Virus record (IMG/VR): IMGVR_UViG_3300001344_000002
Length of the DNA: 64,000 nucleotides
Strand: one strand, 5' to 3'
From: an uncultured virus (IMG/VR IMGVR_UViG_3300001344_000002)
Taxonomy: Duplodnaviria > Heunggongvirae > Uroviricota > Caudoviricetes
Below are positions 1 through 8,406 of this stretch, piece by piece. Every line of letters begins with the position of its first letter. The first letter of the stretch is position 1. Made by a program: the position numbers and the translations under genes. The notes beneath the pieces are model-generated. The model had not been told where the DNA came from and ran no database searches. It saw nothing but the letters and a program-made list of their open reading frames with translations.

Positions 1-40
1 TTTTTTTTAACTAAAAGCTGGAGAGCGTACTCACTAAATT

Positions 41-259
41 ATGGAAAACAGATTGTACAAAATGCATCACAAGATAAAACTACAACTTGATGCTATCTGC
101 CAAGAGGCAGGAGATATGAATGTAGAAGAGTTTATGAAAGTGTATGAATCACTTAAACAAAAGGCTACTAAACCTAAACTAACAGGCATTGACCGTAGAT
201 TCCAAGAAGATATGATTGATGCAGAGTTTAGTGAGATGGATATGATGGATGAATGGTAG
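41..259 (+). CDS. hypothetical early protein (72 aa)
   Basis: ATG ORF with an AT-rich leader, followed by a terminator. Confidence 0.6.
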   Translation: MENRLYKMHHKIKLQLDAICQEAGDMNVEEFMKVYESLKQKATKPKLTGIDRRFQEDMIDAEFSEMDMMDEW

Positions 260-264
260 TAAAT

Positions 265-294
265 AAAGGTGTGTGTAAAAGCACATCTTTTTTT
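265..294 (+). terminator. intrinsic terminator
   Basis: AAAGGTGTGT/GCACATCTTT stem followed by a T-tract. Confidence 0.7.
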
Positions 295-299
295 AAACA

Positions 300-321
300 A
301 CTGCTCCCTTCCCATAATATG
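300..321 (+). promoter_or_regulatory. repeated motif copy 1 (ACTGCTCCCTTCC-N6-ATG), putative phage RNAP promoter
   Basis: ACTGCTCCCTTCCCATATAATG, one of five co-oriented copies. Confidence 0.7.
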
Positions 322-417
322 TACTGGGAATGCATCCTGGGGAAGCAAGGCCTGCGGAGGCTACTGCTTAATACACCTACCAGAGGAGGTTCTACGGATG
401 CACCAGTACTTTTTTTA
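321..417 (+). ncRNA. putative structured small non-coding RNA
   Basis: Nested stems GTACTGG/CCAGTAC, TGCATCC/GGATGCA, AAGCA/TGCTT and ACCT/AGGT; GC-rich island; ends in a T-tract; starts at the last base of the repeated motif. Confidence 0.65.
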
Positions 418-465
418 TTTTAACTGCTACTGGTCATACAATCTTATACCATCCATATAACTTTC

Positions 466-487
466 ACTGCTCCCTTCCTTTCTTATG
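466..487 (+). promoter_or_regulatory. repeated motif copy 2
   Basis: ACTGCTCCCTTCCTTTCTTATG, 35 nt before the ORF at 523. Confidence 0.7.
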
Positions 488-522
488 CAAATATTTATTA
501 ATCATTAATTATAATTAAAATT

Positions 523-861
523 ATGGAAACAAATTCAGTTTATTTTAGAAAGCTCAATATCAATGAGTCAACAGGAAGTGCAACTATTATTGCATCAGAT
601 GTACCATTGATACAAAAAGCTACTACATTAGCAGGCGTTAATGTAGCAACAAGAACACAGAACAACATCACATTTGGCGTATTAAGCCTAATAGATCCAG
701 AGACTGGACAAGTAATGCGTTCTGATCATCCAGTCATCAAACAGTTAAGTGCTAAACTTAATAGAGGTGATGAGATGAAAGGCTTCAAGCTATCTGATAA
801 TCCTGTGTTAAACCTAACAACAGGAGAAGAATCAGGTATGTTTTGGATAGAAGCAGTGTAA
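523..861 (+). CDS. hypothetical early protein (112 aa)
   Basis: ORF bracketed by the promoter-like motif and a terminator. Confidence 0.75.
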   Translation: METNSVYFRKLNINESTGSATIIASDVPLIQKATTLAGVNVATRTQNNITFGVLSLIDPETGQVMRSDHPVIKQLSAKLNRGDEMKGFKLSDNPVLNLTTGEESGMFWIEAV

Positions 862-884
862 ACCTGCAGTAAAAGGTAAAAACT

Positions 885-927
885 CTACAGATCTGGTGTA
901 ACAACCAGGTTTGTAGTTGTTTTTTTT
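885..927 (+). terminator. intrinsic terminator
   Basis: CTACAGATCTGGT/ACCAGGTTTGTAG stem followed by a T-tract. Confidence 0.75.
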
Positions 928-1254
928 ATTTAAATGTGTATAGCATTATAAATGTGAGGTCTCATACCCACAATATACCACCTTTTACCACTATCATAAC
1001 TATCATAGCACATTAATATATTAATATAGCTAACATAAGAGCATAAACATTAAATTGGGTATGGTACGGAGATTGACAATTGATTTGCAAGTCATGCGTC
1101 CACGTTTATCATCACTCTTATGCTAGCTTATATTACAAGAGTAACTATTACACTCAACAATACTACATGGGTAATGTCTGTCTCTTCCTCTATAGGATAA
1201 TAGACATAGTACCCGGAATCTTATTAATCAAATGTCTAAATTAAATAAACAATT

Positions 1255-1446
1255 ATGAAAATTTCATCAGTAAAGGTTTTAAGATCAGCAGCTGGATATT
1301 ACATAGGTCGTACAGAGAATGGTATGCCTTATGATAGACAGTCACGTTATCATAAAACTAAGCAAGAAGCAGAACACACATTAAAAGTAATCAAACATAA
1401 CCAGGAGAGAGAATATATATCGTATTGTAATCTCCATAATAATTAA
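1255..1446 (+). CDS. small hypothetical phage protein
   Basis: 63-aa ORF with a KVLRSAAGYYIG segment and an AT-rich leader. Confidence 0.65.
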   Translation: MKISSVKVLRSAAGYYIGRTENGMPYDRQSRYHKTKQEAEHTLKVIKHNQEREYISYCNLHNN

Positions 1447-1450
1447 TCTT

Positions 1451-1882
1451 ATGAAATATATATCAATATTCTTTCTCTTAGTATCTATAATGAGCTGTGA
1501 AAAAGAGCCTCTTGAAATAGTAGAGGTACAACAACCGCCTGTTGATACACTCACAGTGTATGCTGTGAATGTGGAATCATATGTATGGGATAGTGTTAAT
1601 AATACTACAATCATAAATTATAAGTATTATGCATGGGATAGCTTTGATATGCCAGTATATATGCTAGCATGGTTTGCAACAAACCCACCAACTGATACAC
1701 AAAGTGATTGGTTAGAGTGGGCTATGGACACATCAAATACAAATCCGGATTACTTTATATATACTACATCAAATTACTATATGAGTCTATATGATGTATC
1801 ATATTGGAATGGAGACTATGAGTATAATCAGTTAGACTTATCAGATCTAATAATCAACGGTGATTCAATCGTACCATTATAA
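1451..1882 (+). CDS. putative lipoprotein
   Basis: MKYISIFFLLVSIMSC lipobox-like signal peptide. Confidence 0.65.
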   Translation: MKYISIFFLLVSIMSCEKEPLEIVEVQQPPVDTLTVYAVNVESYVWDSVNNTTIINYKYYAWDSFDMPVYMLAWFATNPPTDTQSDWLEWAMDTSNTNPDYFIYTTSNYYMSLYDVSYWNGDYEYNQLDLSDLIINGDSIVPL

Positions 1883-1917
1883 AAACAAATTAATTAATCA
1901 ATAAACAATTAGAAATT

Positions 1918-2247
1918 ATGAAACATTTATTCAGGTCATTATTAAAATTATTATTCGTAGTAGTACTACCTATATTATTTATAGTAGGAGCATACATGAT
2001 ACTAACCATGTATGAGACATCCGCAGTTATACTTATAACTTTACTGTTAGTGGGCATAGCAATAGTAGCTAACTCTGTTGTGTATTTAGTCTTTATGTCC
2101 AAGGTAAGAATGTTACCTAAAGCATCTATAGAAATAGTACCAATATTTGGATTTGCATTTGGTGTAGATCCTCATCACAAGATTGATGAAATCTCTTGGT
2201 TGATGCTATTACCGTTTGTATCAATAGAATTTACATCAAAAAAGTGA
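1918..2247 (+). CDS. membrane protein
   Basis: Two long hydrophobic N-terminal segments. Confidence 0.65.
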   Translation: MKHLFRSLLKLLFVVVLPILFIVGAYMILTMYETSAVILITLLLVGIAIVANSVVYLVFMSKVRMLPKASIEIVPIFGFAFGVDPHHKIDEISWLMLLPFVSIEFTSKK

Positions 2248-2410
2248 ACCACAGTTCATACAAACAGTACCAGTAGTTAGTTATATATAATATATACTAC
2301 TGTAGTTAGGCCTTGTAGAATAAAATAATGAGTGGTGGGCAAAATGGATAGTAATAATACCTTTTATATAATTGTTTAGGGTTGCGTTACTATCCATACT
2401 TGTTACTCTA

Positions 2411-2432
2411 ACTGCTCCCTTCCTCACTTATG
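2411..2432 (+). promoter_or_regulatory. repeated motif copy 3
   Basis: ACTGCTCCCTTCCTCACTTATG, 33 nt before the ORF at 2466. Confidence 0.7.
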
Positions 2433-2465
2433 GAATAAATTAAATAATAATCAATTAAAATAATC

Positions 2466-2993
2466 ATGGCAAATCAATTTAAGATCAATGAGATCATAGT
2501 AAATAACATATTAAAAAATGTTTTAATACCAAACACACCGTGTAATAATGAACATATATTCAATATTATAATGAGAGAGTTACCAGATCATGCTAAAGAG
2601 ATTATATTACATCTAAGTTTATCTAAAGATGAGTATAATACTGTTAGTATAGGTGATTTTGTAACATTAGAACCATTAAGTTACCACCCAGGATCAGAGT
2701 TTGAATGGGATATACTTGAAGATATGGGCCTAAGCCCAGGTAATGGAAGAGTATATGGTAAAGTCACAGGTGATTCATCATGGGGTAATGATAAGTTTAA
2801 CCCATTTTATAGCTCTATCAAAGTAGATTTATTCTATCATGATAAACAAAAGAAGCTAAAAACATATGATCANCAAGTAAATCCATTAGATTTGACCAAG
2901 GTTAATGAGTCTGATATAAAATATTTTGATATATTAGATACAGACGTAGTTATAAATCAAGAGGAATTATTTCCAGAAGATAAAACAGATTAA
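2466..2993 (+). CDS. hypothetical protein (175 aa; one ambiguous base at 2873)
   Basis: ORF directly after the promoter-like motif. Confidence 0.7.
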   Translation: MANQFKINEIIVNNILKNVLIPNTPCNNEHIFNIIMRELPDHAKEIILHLSLSKDEYNTVSIGDFVTLEPLSYHPGSEFEWDILEDMGLSPGNGRVYGKVTGDSSWGNDKFNPFYSSIKVDLFYHDKQKKLKTYDXQVNPLDLTKVNESDIKYFDILDTDVVINQEELFPEDKTD

Positions 2994-2994
2994 A

Positions 2995-3207
2995 ATGGCA
3001 GATATATCAATGGAGTTACTACAAAGTGAACAAAAAGCATGGCGTGCATTAGATAATGCATTAAACCGTGTAGATGGAAAGAATATGTCTTTTGGGAGAT
3101 ATATGAATAATAAGTATAATATGGGTAATGACACACTTGCTAATGAAGAAAGTGAGTCTTTGGCCGTACTTATACTATTAAAGGACCATGTCAAAGAAAT
3201 CAGATAG
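2995..3207 (+). CDS. hypothetical protein
   Basis: ORF tightly packed in the operon. Confidence 0.6.
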   Translation: MADISMELLQSEQKAWRALDNALNRVDGKNMSFGRYMNNKYNMGNDTLANEESESLAVLILLKDHVKEIR

Positions 3208-3439
3208 ATTTGGCATAGTTAAGTATAAAGTCTTGTCAGATCCCAATTTATCTATTCAAGCAAAAGGGTTATATAGTCTCATAGCATGTTATGCAGATAA
3301 AAACCGTGAAGCATATCCGTCTGCTTCAACACTTGCTGACTCAATGGATGTATCACAAAGATATGTCTTTAAGCTCTTAAAAGAGTTGAGACAGCATAAT
3401 TACATAAAAAGAGTAAAAGGCAAACTAGTTATTATTTAA
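3188..3439 (+). CDS. helix-turn-helix DNA-binding protein
   Basis: LSIQAKGLY...AYPSASTLADSMDVSQRYVFKLLKEL matches the HTH_36-like pattern of phage replication proteins. Confidence 0.75.
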   Translation: MSKKSDRFGIVKYKVLSDPNLSIQAKGLYSLIACYADKNREAYPSASTLADSMDVSQRYVFKLLKELRQHNYIKRVKGKLVII

Positions 3440-3521
3440 GTGATAGCTATATAAGTGCAGTTTATTTTTGAATTTAACTAATAATTTCTTATAATTAGTG
3501 AGCCAAGGTAAGTTATATTTA

Positions 3522-3529
3522 TATCTTTG
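3522..3529 (+). promoter_or_regulatory. Bacteroidota sigma-70 -7 element
   Basis: TATCTTTG (TAnnTTTG) upstream of the ATG at 3539. Confidence 0.5.
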
Positions 3530-3538
3530 TTAATAGAT

Positions 3539-3805
3539 ATGATAGTACAACTACCCAATGGCCGTATAATTGAGTGCTCAGTAGAGCAATACCTCTCGTT
3601 AACTGATGATGAGGTAAAAGATCTTAATGGCTTAAGTTCAGCATACACAAAAGAAGTGGTTAATCCCTTTTATAATGCTTTCTCAGGTAAAACAGTAGTA
3701 GTAGACTATGAACTAGAGTTCATAGATGAAAATGAACCTGCATTAGATGAGATAGAAGCATATGAAAAGCTTGATGACCCATATTTTCATTCAGATGACG
3801 TGTAG
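3539..3805 (+). CDS. acidic hypothetical protein
   Basis: ORF; the ATG at 3539 is preferred over the TTG at 3527. Confidence 0.65.
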   Translation: MIVQLPNGRIIECSVEQYLSLTDDEVKDLNGLSSAYTKEVVNPFYNAFSGKTVVVDYELEFIDENEPALDEIEAYEKLDDPYFHSDDV

Positions 3806-3846
3806 TCATCACAAAATCAATTATTAATTTTTTAAAATCAAAAAAA

Positions 3847-4464
3847 ATGCAAAGCAAAGTCAATGTATGTGCAGATGACATGGGTAATGTTATCAATCAA
3901 TCAAAAAACAATTCAGAGTATGGTTATGTAAGACTGCAACAAGTTAGAGTTACATTTGGTAACAATGGCTGGGTTAAAAAGTCTAATGTATCAACGTTAC
4001 TACAGGGTAAGGTAGAAGACTTACAATCCCTAAACTTTAAAGCAGGTGATGAAATAGCTGGTAAGATTGTTATCAAAGAACAATTAGATCCATTTAATTC
4101 TAATGATCCTGAAAGAGATTATAAATATGCAGGTGATACTGGTATAGTATGCTGTGTTGATGGTCAACCTATATATAGGAAAGCAATGTTTACAGCTGAT
4201 ACAACAGCTCAAGACGTGCTAATAGCTCACACTAATGGGCAAGACATCAAAGATGCTAATGGTACTAGCAGTGCAAAATCTAATTCTATAAGTGTACCTG
4301 CAGCTAGTGTAGAAGAAGCATTTGATATTAAAACAGAAGGTTTTGATAATTCTACAGTAGATGATGTAGATGATTTAGAAGAAAGCAATGATACTGAGAC
4401 AGAAGAAGTTACTGATAAAGTAGAAGAACTTGTAGAAGAAGAGGCTGAAACCTTTGAACTATAA
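3847..4464 (+). CDS. hypothetical protein with acidic C-terminal tail (possible ssDNA-binding protein)
   Basis: Beta-rich N-terminal part and a very acidic tail ending EEEAETFEL. Confidence 0.5.
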   Translation: MQSKVNVCADDMGNVINQSKNNSEYGYVRLQQVRVTFGNNGWVKKSNVSTLLQGKVEDLQSLNFKAGDEIAGKIVIKEQLDPFNSNDPERDYKYAGDTGIVCCVDGQPIYRKAMFTADTTAQDVLIAHTNGQDIKDANGTSSAKSNSISVPAASVEEAFDIKTEGFDNSTVDDVDDLEESNDTETEEVTDKVEELVEEEAETFEL

Positions 4465-4546
4465 GAGTAGTTATTAATAATTTGTTTGGTTAAAAGGGGT
4501 TGTGTAAGTTTTTTAAGTAATTCTTATACAACCCTAATTAACTTTA

Positions 4547-4568
4547 ACTACTCCCTTCCTCAAATATG
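4547..4568 (+). promoter_or_regulatory. repeated motif copy 4
   Basis: ACTACTCCCTTCCTCAAATATG, 38 nt before the ORF at 4607, preceded by a hairpin at 4497-4534. Confidence 0.65.
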
Positions 4569-4606
4569 AGGACAACCTTTTACTAATCAATAACAACTAA
4601 ACAATT

Positions 4607-5146
4607 ATGCTATCTCAGGAACAATTAGAACAACTTCAACAACAACAACAACTAGACAATCTTTCCAGAAGGGAAGAACGTTACAGCTACTTTGGTATAT
4701 TAGCTGAATATCAGCTTCATCCGCCATCATTAGTAAACTCTTTAAGTTACACCAAGCTAAATCCGTATCAACATTTTTTGTTTAAACGTGTACTTCATGG
4801 CCTTAAGGTTTATAAACCTGAAGAAGTTAGGAAGCTACATTGGGACAAGAAACGTAGAATAACTAAGGTTTGGAAACGTGGACAGAGAGAGATAAATGCT
4901 TGGAAGCAAACTATTTGTAATAAGCGTGTAAATGCTTATCTTAGCAATACATTCAAGCATTCTCCATTAGCACAGTATATTGCAAATATACCAGCTAGTG
5001 AAGTATTAGATGATTACACTAACACTATGAGTTTCAAAGAGTTAGGTATGACTTATGAGGATGTAATATTAAAATTTATGTCTTTGGGATTACTCCCTAA
5101 AAACTATTTAGAACTAAAAAATGAGCATCAAAAAAGTCTCAAATAA
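4607..5146 (+). CDS. hypothetical protein
   Basis: 179-aa ORF. Confidence 0.7.
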   Translation: MLSQEQLEQLQQQQQLDNLSRREERYSYFGILAEYQLHPPSLVNSLSYTKLNPYQHFLFKRVLHGLKVYKPEEVRKLHWDKKRRITKVWKRGQREINAWKQTICNKRVNAYLSNTFKHSPLAQYIANIPASEVLDDYTNTMSFKELGMTYEDVILKFMSLGLLPKNYLELKNEHQKSLK

Positions 5147-5390
5147 AATGTCTAAACTGAATACTGCCTATTCTAAAAAGCGTAGGCAGTATTTAACAGA
5201 CAAACCAATGTGTCATGCAAAGATCCATAAGTGTTCTTTGCAGGCTACTGATGTACATCATAAACATGGACGTGGCGTATACTACTTGGATACATCTACA
5301 TGGTTACCAGTTTGCAGAAACTGTCACATGTGGATAGAAGAACACCCAGCTGAAGCCTATGAATTAGGTTTCTCAGGCTCAAGATCATAA
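5121..5390 (+). CDS. HNH-type zinc-binding endonuclease-like protein
   Basis: C-x6-C...TDVHHKHGR...LPVCRNCH. Confidence 0.7.
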   Translation: MSIKKVSNKMSKLNTAYSKKRRQYLTDKPMCHAKIHKCSLQATDVHHKHGRGVYYLDTSTWLPVCRNCHMWIEEHPAEAYELGFSGSRS

Positions 5391-5396
5391 CTTTAT

Positions 5397-5473
5397 GGTC
5401 CTATAGCTCAACTGGATAGAGCAACAGCCTTCTAAGCTGTAGGTTCTAGGTTCAAATCCTAGTGGGATCACCA
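5397..5473 (+). tRNA. tRNA-Arg(TCT)
   Basis: Cloverleaf; ACAGC-CTTCTAA-GCTGT anticodon arm; GGTTCAAATCC T-arm; encoded CCA. Confidence 0.95.
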
Positions 5474-5562
5474 GGCCGGATGATGGAATTGGTAGACATG
5501 ACAGACTTAAAATCTGTTGAACTGGATAGTTCGTGTGGGTTCAAGTCCCACTCCGGCTACCA
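5474..5562 (+). tRNA. tRNA-Leu(TAA)
   Basis: GGCCGGA/TCCGGCT acceptor stem; ACAGA-CTTAAAA-TCTGT anticodon arm; long variable arm; encoded CCA. Confidence 0.95.
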
Positions 5563-5638
5563 GGACTCTTAGCTCAGTTGGTCAGAGCACTCCGCTCATA
5601 ACGGATAGGTCATAGGTTCAAGTCCTATAGGGTCCACC
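5563..5638 (+). tRNA. tRNA with CAT anticodon, most likely tRNA-Ile2 (lysidine, reads AUA), otherwise elongator Met
   Basis: GGACTCT/AGGGTCC acceptor stem and CTCATAA loop; the body resembles bacterial Ile2 tRNAs and lacks initiator features. Confidence 0.85.
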
Positions 5639-5652
5639 TTAAATGTAACATT

Positions 5653-5748
5653 ATGAAAAACAAATTAATTAGAATACTAACCTGGACATTAGTTCTGGCA
5701 ACAACAATTATTATATGGCAAAAAATATTCAGTTGGATTACTCTGTAA
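5653..5748 (+). CDS. small membrane peptide (31 aa), not in the ORF track
   Basis: MKNKLIRILTWTLVLATTIIIWQKIFSWITL. Confidence 0.4.
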   Translation: MKNKLIRILTWTLVLATTIIIWQKIFSWITL

Positions 5749-6845
5749 ATAATAGACATGTAGTTCAACTAGAAGCATTAAATATAGCAGCTCAGCATAA
5801 AAGATGTGGTCTGGGCATTTCTATGGGTGTTGGTAAAACACGTATAGCTATACAACACCTTCAAAGGAACTTTAATCCTTTTGTACAGGCTTTAGTAGTA
5901 ATACCTAAACATTCAGTATCTCAATCATGGATAGATGAATTAGGTAAGATGAAAGTTGAAAAGTTAGTTAAGCATATAACGTTTACTACTTATCTATCAT
6001 TAAAAAAACACAATCCAAATGACTATGATATAGTTTATTTAGATGAGTGTCACTCATTACTACCAGGTCATGAAATATTCTTATCACAGTTTCAAGGTAA
6101 AATATTAGGTTTAACAGGTACACCACCAAGAGATAAGAAGTCTGTAAAAGGCATGCTTGTAAACAAGTATTGTCCAATCAGATATACCTTTGATGTAGAT
6201 GATGCAACAGAAAGTAATATACTTAATGATTATAAGATAATTATACATGAGTTAGAGCTATCTGGTTTGCCTACATTGAAAAAGAAAAATAAAAATGGTG
6301 GGCACTGGTTTACTAATGAGAAGAAAGATTATGATTATTGTAATGGTAGAGTGGCAGAGGCACAGTCTCCTAAACAAATGCAATTTGCAAGGATCATGAG
6401 AATGAGAGCTTTGATGGATTATCCAACTAAAGAATCATATGTAAAATCTATGGTTAAGAATATAGAGGATAAGTGTATAGTATTTGCTAATACACAAAAG
6501 CAGGCAGACCGTATCAGTAAGCATAGTTATCATTCAGGTAACCCTAAGTCAGAAGAAAATTTAGAATTATTTTCAGATGGAAGGATACACACTCTATCAT
6601 GTGTGTTACAGTTATCAGAAGGTGTTACAATACCAAGGTTAAAACAAGGTATTATTATGCATGCATATGGTAATGAAAAGAAAACAGCACAAAGGATAGG
6701 TAGATTACTTAGATTAAATCCAACTGAGACAGCAATATGTCATATATTGTGTTACAAAAATACTCAAGATGTAAACTGGGTGTCATCTGCACTTAAATCC
6801 TTTGATCAATCTAAAATTAAACGTTATAACCCTTTAAACAGATAA
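5715..6845 (+). CDS. superfamily 2 (DEAD/DEAH-like) helicase
   Basis: GVGKT Walker A, DECH motif II, LTGT motif III and QRIGRLLR motif VI. Confidence 0.9.
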   Translation: MAKNIQLDYSVNNRHVVQLEALNIAAQHKRCGLGISMGVGKTRIAIQHLQRNFNPFVQALVVIPKHSVSQSWIDELGKMKVEKLVKHITFTTYLSLKKHNPNDYDIVYLDECHSLLPGHEIFLSQFQGKILGLTGTPPRDKKSVKGMLVNKYCPIRYTFDVDDATESNILNDYKIIIHELELSGLPTLKKKNKNGGHWFTNEKKDYDYCNGRVAEAQSPKQMQFARIMRMRALMDYPTKESYVKSMVKNIEDKCIVFANTQKQADRISKHSYHSGNPKSEENLELFSDGRIHTLSCVLQLSEGVTIPRLKQGIIMHAYGNEKKTAQRIGRLLRLNPTETAICHILCYKNTQDVNWVSSALKSFDQSKIKRYNPLNR

Positions 6846-6849
6846 AATT

Positions 6850-7089
6850 ATGGGAAGAATGAAAGAGCTCTTTATTGAGCAACAAGAAGAATTAGAGTAC
6901 CGTGGTACGCATGATGCAATGATACACGGACTATCAAGAAAAGCAATTGAAGAGTATATAGATACCCATGATGAAACTCCATGCCCAAACTGTGGTGACC
7001 CAGCATTAATCAGAAATGAATCTAATGCTAAGTGCACAGAGTGTGCTCAGGAGTTTGTTTATGTTGGAGATGCCTTAAGATTTTTGTGA
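6850..7089 (+). CDS. zinc-ribbon protein
   Basis: CPNC...CTEC. Confidence 0.7.
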   Translation: MGRMKELFIEQQEELEYRGTHDAMIHGLSRKAIEEYIDTHDETPCPNCGDPALIRNESNAKCTECAQEFVYVGDALRFL

Positions 7090-7337
7090 TGAGTGAAATA
7101 GATTTAATAACAGACTCAGGAGAAACTGTATGTATACAGTATTCTTATGATCCAGGAGAACCAGACCAATGGTATGATTCTAATGGAGATCCAGGTACGC
7201 CAGGTTATGGACCAAGTGTTGAAGTACATCACGTATGGTATATTACTAAAGATAGAGTGGGTAACCTTGTATCTGTAGACGTGCAAGATTTATTAGAAGA
7301 AGACTTTGAAGAAAGAATATTAGAAACACATGAATAA
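7089..7337 (+). CDS. acidic hypothetical protein
   Basis: The ATG at 7089 overlaps the upstream TGA. Confidence 0.65.
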   Translation: MSEIDLITDSGETVCIQYSYDPGEPDQWYDSNGDPGTPGYGPSVEVHHVWYITKDRVGNLVSVDVQDLLEEDFEERILETHE

Positions 7338-7470
7338 TATAATTATAAAGGATATAATTAATCTATTAGATAATGTAGATACTTTACCAGGTTCCTCAAG
7401 AAGGAACTTGGAAGTAGCTATTGAGATATTAGAAGCACAACTAAAAAAAAATACAAATGAAAGATCTTAA
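7330..7470 (+). CDS. small hypothetical protein (46 aa)
   Basis: Gap-filling overlapping ORF, MNNIIIKD... Confidence 0.45.
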   Translation: MNNIIIKDIINLLDNVDTLPGSSRRNLEVAIEILEAQLKKNTNERS

Positions 7471-7612
7471 AAAAATACATGATGGATTAAAGCATCATAA
7501 CCAAGGTAGAACACGTGAAAAGATGGAACAAACCTACAAAATTATAGAATATGTAGCCTGGATGTTTGTTATAGGTATTGCAGTACTAATTGTACATAAC
7601 TTAATAAAATGA
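7457..7612 (+). CDS. small membrane protein (51 aa)
   Basis: C-terminal hydrophobic helix; ATGA overlap with the next gene. Confidence 0.5.
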   Translation: MKDLKKIHDGLKHHNQGRTREKMEQTYKIIEYVAWMFVIGIAVLIVHNLIK

Positions 7613-7992
7613 AAGATCAGTTATTTATAGAAGGTACAGTAAAAGATGGAAAGTTACATTTTCCTATAAAAGCATTCAAGAATAAATATGAAGGCTTCTT
7701 CAAGGACCATAAGGATGGTGCAAGAGTAGAGATATTTATTGGTATACAAGATGGTAAAGGTAGTAATCCACAGTTAGCTAGAGTACACGCAATGATACGT
7801 GAGATAGCAAATGAACTTGGTTATACCTTTGAAGAGGTAAAGTTACAAGTAAAAAGAAAAGCAGGCTTATGCTTTATGAAAAACAATAAAGAATATTGTA
7901 AATCATTTGCTAAGTGTGATAAAGAAGAATTGAATCTTGCTATACAAGCAGCTTTAGAAATAGGTGACTTTGCAGGTATGCAATTAAGATGA
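7609..7992 (+). CDS. NinB/Orf-like recombination accessory protein (tentative)
   Basis: SNPQLARVHAMIREIANELGYT...KS pattern resembling NinB/YbcN. Confidence 0.5.
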   Translation: MKDQLFIEGTVKDGKLHFPIKAFKNKYEGFFKDHKDGARVEIFIGIQDGKGSNPQLARVHAMIREIANELGYTFEEVKLQVKRKAGLCFMKNNKEYCKSFAKCDKEELNLAIQAALEIGDFAGMQLR

Positions 7993-8406
7993 TTTCATTT
8001 CATCTAGCTTAACAGCTAATTTTTGTAGCATCTCCGTTGGGTTGTTAGTCTCTTCTTTAAGATCAGACACAACTTTAGCAAAGTCATTTTCAGTTACTTT
8101 AAGGTCTTCATACTGTTCAAGCCCTTGCTCTTTTGCAAAAGCCTTGAATATATTAATGATAGAATATAAAGTATATAGTTCACTCTCAATTGGAGTAAAC
8201 TGTCTATTTTTGAGCTTGGCTTTTTCAGGCTCCATAATTGTTTCATTGAAGTCTTGTATAAGTATACCAAATTTGCTAGCATCTGGATAGAATTCAAGAA
8301 GGTATCTACCATATATTGCTTGTAGTCCTGAGATAAAAGCAGGATTAATATCTGCTACTAAGTTTTTAGTAGTATCATAAGTGATGAATTGTTTTTTATC
8401 TGACAT
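7984..8406 (-). CDS. hypothetical protein, lone antisense gene
   Basis: 140-aa ORF filling the gap between + strand genes, with its own TATCTTTG element at 8426-8433 (-). Confidence 0.7.
   Translation of the reverse strand: MSDKKQFITYDTTKNLVADINPAFISGLQAIYGRYLLEFYPDASKFGILIQDFNETIMEPEKAKLKNRQFTPIESELYTLYSIINIFKAFAKEQGLEQYEDLKVTENDFAKVVSDLKEETNNPTEMLQKLAVKLDEMKSS

Noticed and set aside
423..444. Possible sixth motif copy, ACTGCTACTGGTC-N6-ATC
   Set aside because: The core diverges after six bases and the terminal ATG is lost; at best a degenerate copy
269..460. 63-aa + strand ORF in the track (and 67..348 on the - strand)
   Set aside because: Starts with GTG inside a terminator and runs through the promoter motif, the structured RNA and a T-tract; better explained as non-coding
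2873..2873. Ambiguous base N in a CDS
   Set aside because: CAN encodes His or Gln and the frame is intact; a consensus ambiguity only
300..4568. Repeated motif as a CRISPR array
   Set aside because: Spacing is irregular (166 bp to kilobases), the copies are separated by genes, and no cas operon is present
4628..4652. CAA repeat (poly-Gln) at the start of a CDS
   Set aside because: Short, in-frame low-complexity tract with no sign of phase variation
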